From Candidatus Eiseniibacteriota bacterium (lineage in GTDB: Bacteria > Eisenbacteria > RBG-16-71-46): a stretch of DNA of 64,000 nt. The DNA is taken from assembly GCA_044223005.1 (NCBI GenBank), contig JBGAML010000010.1, forward strand, positions 1 through 64,000. The letters run 5' to 3'. Below are positions 62,038-64,000 of this stretch, in pieces. The translations under genes and the position numbers were made by a program. Every line of letters begins with the position of its first letter. Position 1 is the stretch's first letter. Below the pieces are notes generated by a model. It was not told the DNA's origin. It saw nothing but the letters and a program-made list of their open reading frames with translations, and made no database searches.

Positions 62038-64000
62038 ATGAACGCTCGTCCGCTGTCCGCGCTCGCGCTCGCCGCCCTCGCGCTCGCCCTGCTCGCCGCG
62101 ACGCCGCGCTCCGCCGCGTCCGCACCCGCCGATTCCGCCTCCATCCGCATCCGCCGCCTGCTCGGCAATCCGCCCGCGCGCACGCCCGCCGAGGCGCTCG
62201 GCGACACGACGCGCACGCGACCGTCGCTGCCGCCGCGTACCACGATCGTGGCCGTGCCGTCCGCGCCCGAGGCGCCGCCCGAGGGGCCGGCCATCTCGGA
62301 CAGCCTGCCGAACCTCTGGCGCACGCGCGCCGAACGCACGGGTTGGCGGCAGACCGCCAACTACGAGGAGACGATCCGCTACTGCCGCCAGCTCGAGGCG
62401 GGCTCGAACTGGGTCCGCTACGTGAGCTTCGGCACCAGCGGCCAGGGCCGCGACCTGCCGCTGCTGGTCGTCTCGCGCGATCGCGCGTTCACACCCGAGG
62501 CCGCGCGCGCGACCGGCAAGCCGGTCGTGCTGATCCAGAACGGCATCCACTCGGGCGAGATCGAGGGCAAGGACGCCTCGCTCGCGCTGGTGCGCGACAT
62601 GGCCGTGCTGCGGACGCGCGAGCACCTGCTGGATTCGTGCATCGTGCTCGTGATCCCGATCCTGTCGGTGGACGCGCACGAGCGCCGCGGGCGCTTCAAC
62701 CGCATCAACCAGAACGGGCCCGAAGAGATGGGCTGGCGCACGACGCCCGTGGGCCTGAACCTGAACCGCGATTACCTGAAGACCGACGCGCCCGAGATGC
62801 GCGCGCTGATCGAGAACGTCTACACGCGCTGGTGGCCCGAGGTGCTGGTCGACGACCACACCACCGACGGCGCCGACTACCAGCACGACGTGACGTACGG
62901 CTTCGCGCACGGCCCCGTGGTGCCGCCGTCGATCGAACGGTGGTGCGTCGAGGCGTTCGAAGGCCGCGTGGTGCCGCGCCTGGCGGCGATGGGCCACCTG
63001 CCGGCGCCCTACCTGAGCTTCCGCAAGGGCAACGATCCCACGAGCGGCATCGACTTCGGCAGCACGCCGCCCCGCTTCTCCACCGGCTACACCGCGGCCC
63101 AGGGACGGATCGGCCTGCTGGTCGAGACGCACATGCTCAAGCCCTACGGCACGCGCGTCGTGGCGACGTACGACCTGCTCGTCGCGCTGCTCGAGGAGAT
63201 CCAGGCGCGTCCGCGCGCGGTGCGCGCCGCCGTGCGCGATGCCGACGCCGCGATCGCCGCGAAGGCGCGCGCGACCGATCCGGCCGCGCGGACCGTCGTG
63301 CTGACCGAGCACACCAGCGACCGCTCGGTGCCGTTCGCGTACCGCGGCCGCGTGACGCGCTGGGAGACGAGCCCCGTCACCGGCGCGCGGGTCGCGCGCT
63401 ATTCGCCCGCGCCGTGGGACACGCTCGTGCCGCTCTACCGCGAGATGGTCGCCGACATCGCCGTGCGCGAGCCCGCCGGCTACCTGATCCCGCGCGAGTG
63501 GACCGCGGCGATCGCCCTCCTCGAGCGCCACGGCGTGCGCGTGCGGCGGCTGGCACGCGCGTGGAGCGACACGGTCGAGGTGGCGCGCATCACCGACTGG
63601 ACCGCCGACGCGCAGCCCACCGAGGGCCACCACCCGATCCGCGTCCGCGGGGTCGCGACCGAGCGGCGCTGGCGCACATTCGCCGCGGGCGACGCGTGGG
63701 TGCCACTCGACCAGCGCGGGGCGCTGCTCGCGGTGACTCTCTGCGAAGCGCAGGCGCCGGACGGCATGCTCGCGTGGAACCTCTTCGATACGGTGCTCGA
63801 GCGGAAGGAATACGCCGAGGACTACGTCATGGACCCGATCGCGCGCGACATGCTGGCGAAGGACGCGAAGCTCGCGGCGGAGTTCCAGGCGAAGCTCGCG
63901 GCGGACAGCACGTTCGCGAAGAGCCCGGGCGCGCGCACCGACTTCTTCTACCGGCGCTCGCCGTGGGCCGATCCGCAGCAGAACCTGCTGCCGGTCGTCC
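62038..64000 (+). CDS. Secreted M14 zinc carboxypeptidase family protein (3' partial)
   Basis: Signal peptide; GIHSGEIEG (HxxE), NLNRD, VDDHTTDG; open to window end. Confidence 0.9.
   Translation, partial: MNARPLSALALAALALALLAATPRSAASAPADSASIRIRRLLGNPPARTPAEALGDTTRTRPSLPPRTTIVAVPSAPEAPPEGPAISDSLPNLWRTRAERTGWRQTANYEETIRYCRQLEAGSNWVRYVSFGTSGQGRDLPLLVVSRDRAFTPEAARATGKPVVLIQNGIHSGEIEGKDASLALVRDMAVLRTREHLLDSCIVLVIPILSVDAHERRGRFNRINQNGPEEMGWRTTPVGLNLNRDYLKTDAPEMRALIENVYTRWWPEVLVDDHTTDGADYQHDVTYGFAHGPVVPPSIERWCVEAFEGRVVPRLAAMGHLPAPYLSFRKGNDPTSGIDFGSTPPRFSTGYTAAQGRIGLLVETHMLKPYGTRVVATYDLLVALLEEIQARPRAVRAAVRDADAAIAAKARATDPAARTVVLTEHTSDRSVPFAYRGRVTRWETSPVTGARVARYSPAPWDTLVPLYREMVADIAVREPAGYLIPREWTAAIALLERHGVRVRRLARAWSDTVEVARITDWTADAQPTEGHHPIRVRGVATERRWRTFAAGDAWVPLDQRGALLAVTLCEAQAPDGMLAWNLFDTVLERKEYAEDYVMDPIARDMLAKDAKLAAEFQAKLAADSTFAKSPGARTDFFYRRSPWADPQQNLLPVV

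Overview
Very GC-rich bacterial chromosome segment. FlgD-Ig/T9SS-like C-terminal sorting domains and gene content suggest a diderm FCB-related lineage such as Ca. Eisenbacteria; this is inference only. The left part is the origin-associated cluster rpmH-rnpA-yidD-yidC-jag-mnmE-mnmG-rsmG-parA-parB-bactofilin with two parS sites, but no dnaA or DnaA boxes next to rpmH. It is followed by signalling genes (HEAT protein plus degenerate HD-GYP, ECF sigma/FecR anti-sigma, GAF histidine kinase), queE-queC-queD, a transglycosylase, a large GH13, secreted proteins, fhs, a four-gene DUF11 operon, an ArgR-controlled arg operon with an argH-argA fusion, an HDOD protein and a partial M14 peptidase. The main candidate novel system is the DUF11 operon (37425-48898). 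Its proteins carry complementary split halves of an isopeptide-forming DUF11 domain: an outer-membrane barrel with donor only, a shaft with donor and acceptor, a tip with acceptor only, and a small protein with a catalytically dead acceptor. This suggests a covalently self-polymerising surface fibre. Also notable are a recurring sigma28-like promoter motif (6 copies), a 146-bp palindromic element read in frame in the ArgH-ArgA linker, and a 55-aa zinc-ribbon gene absent from the ORF track.
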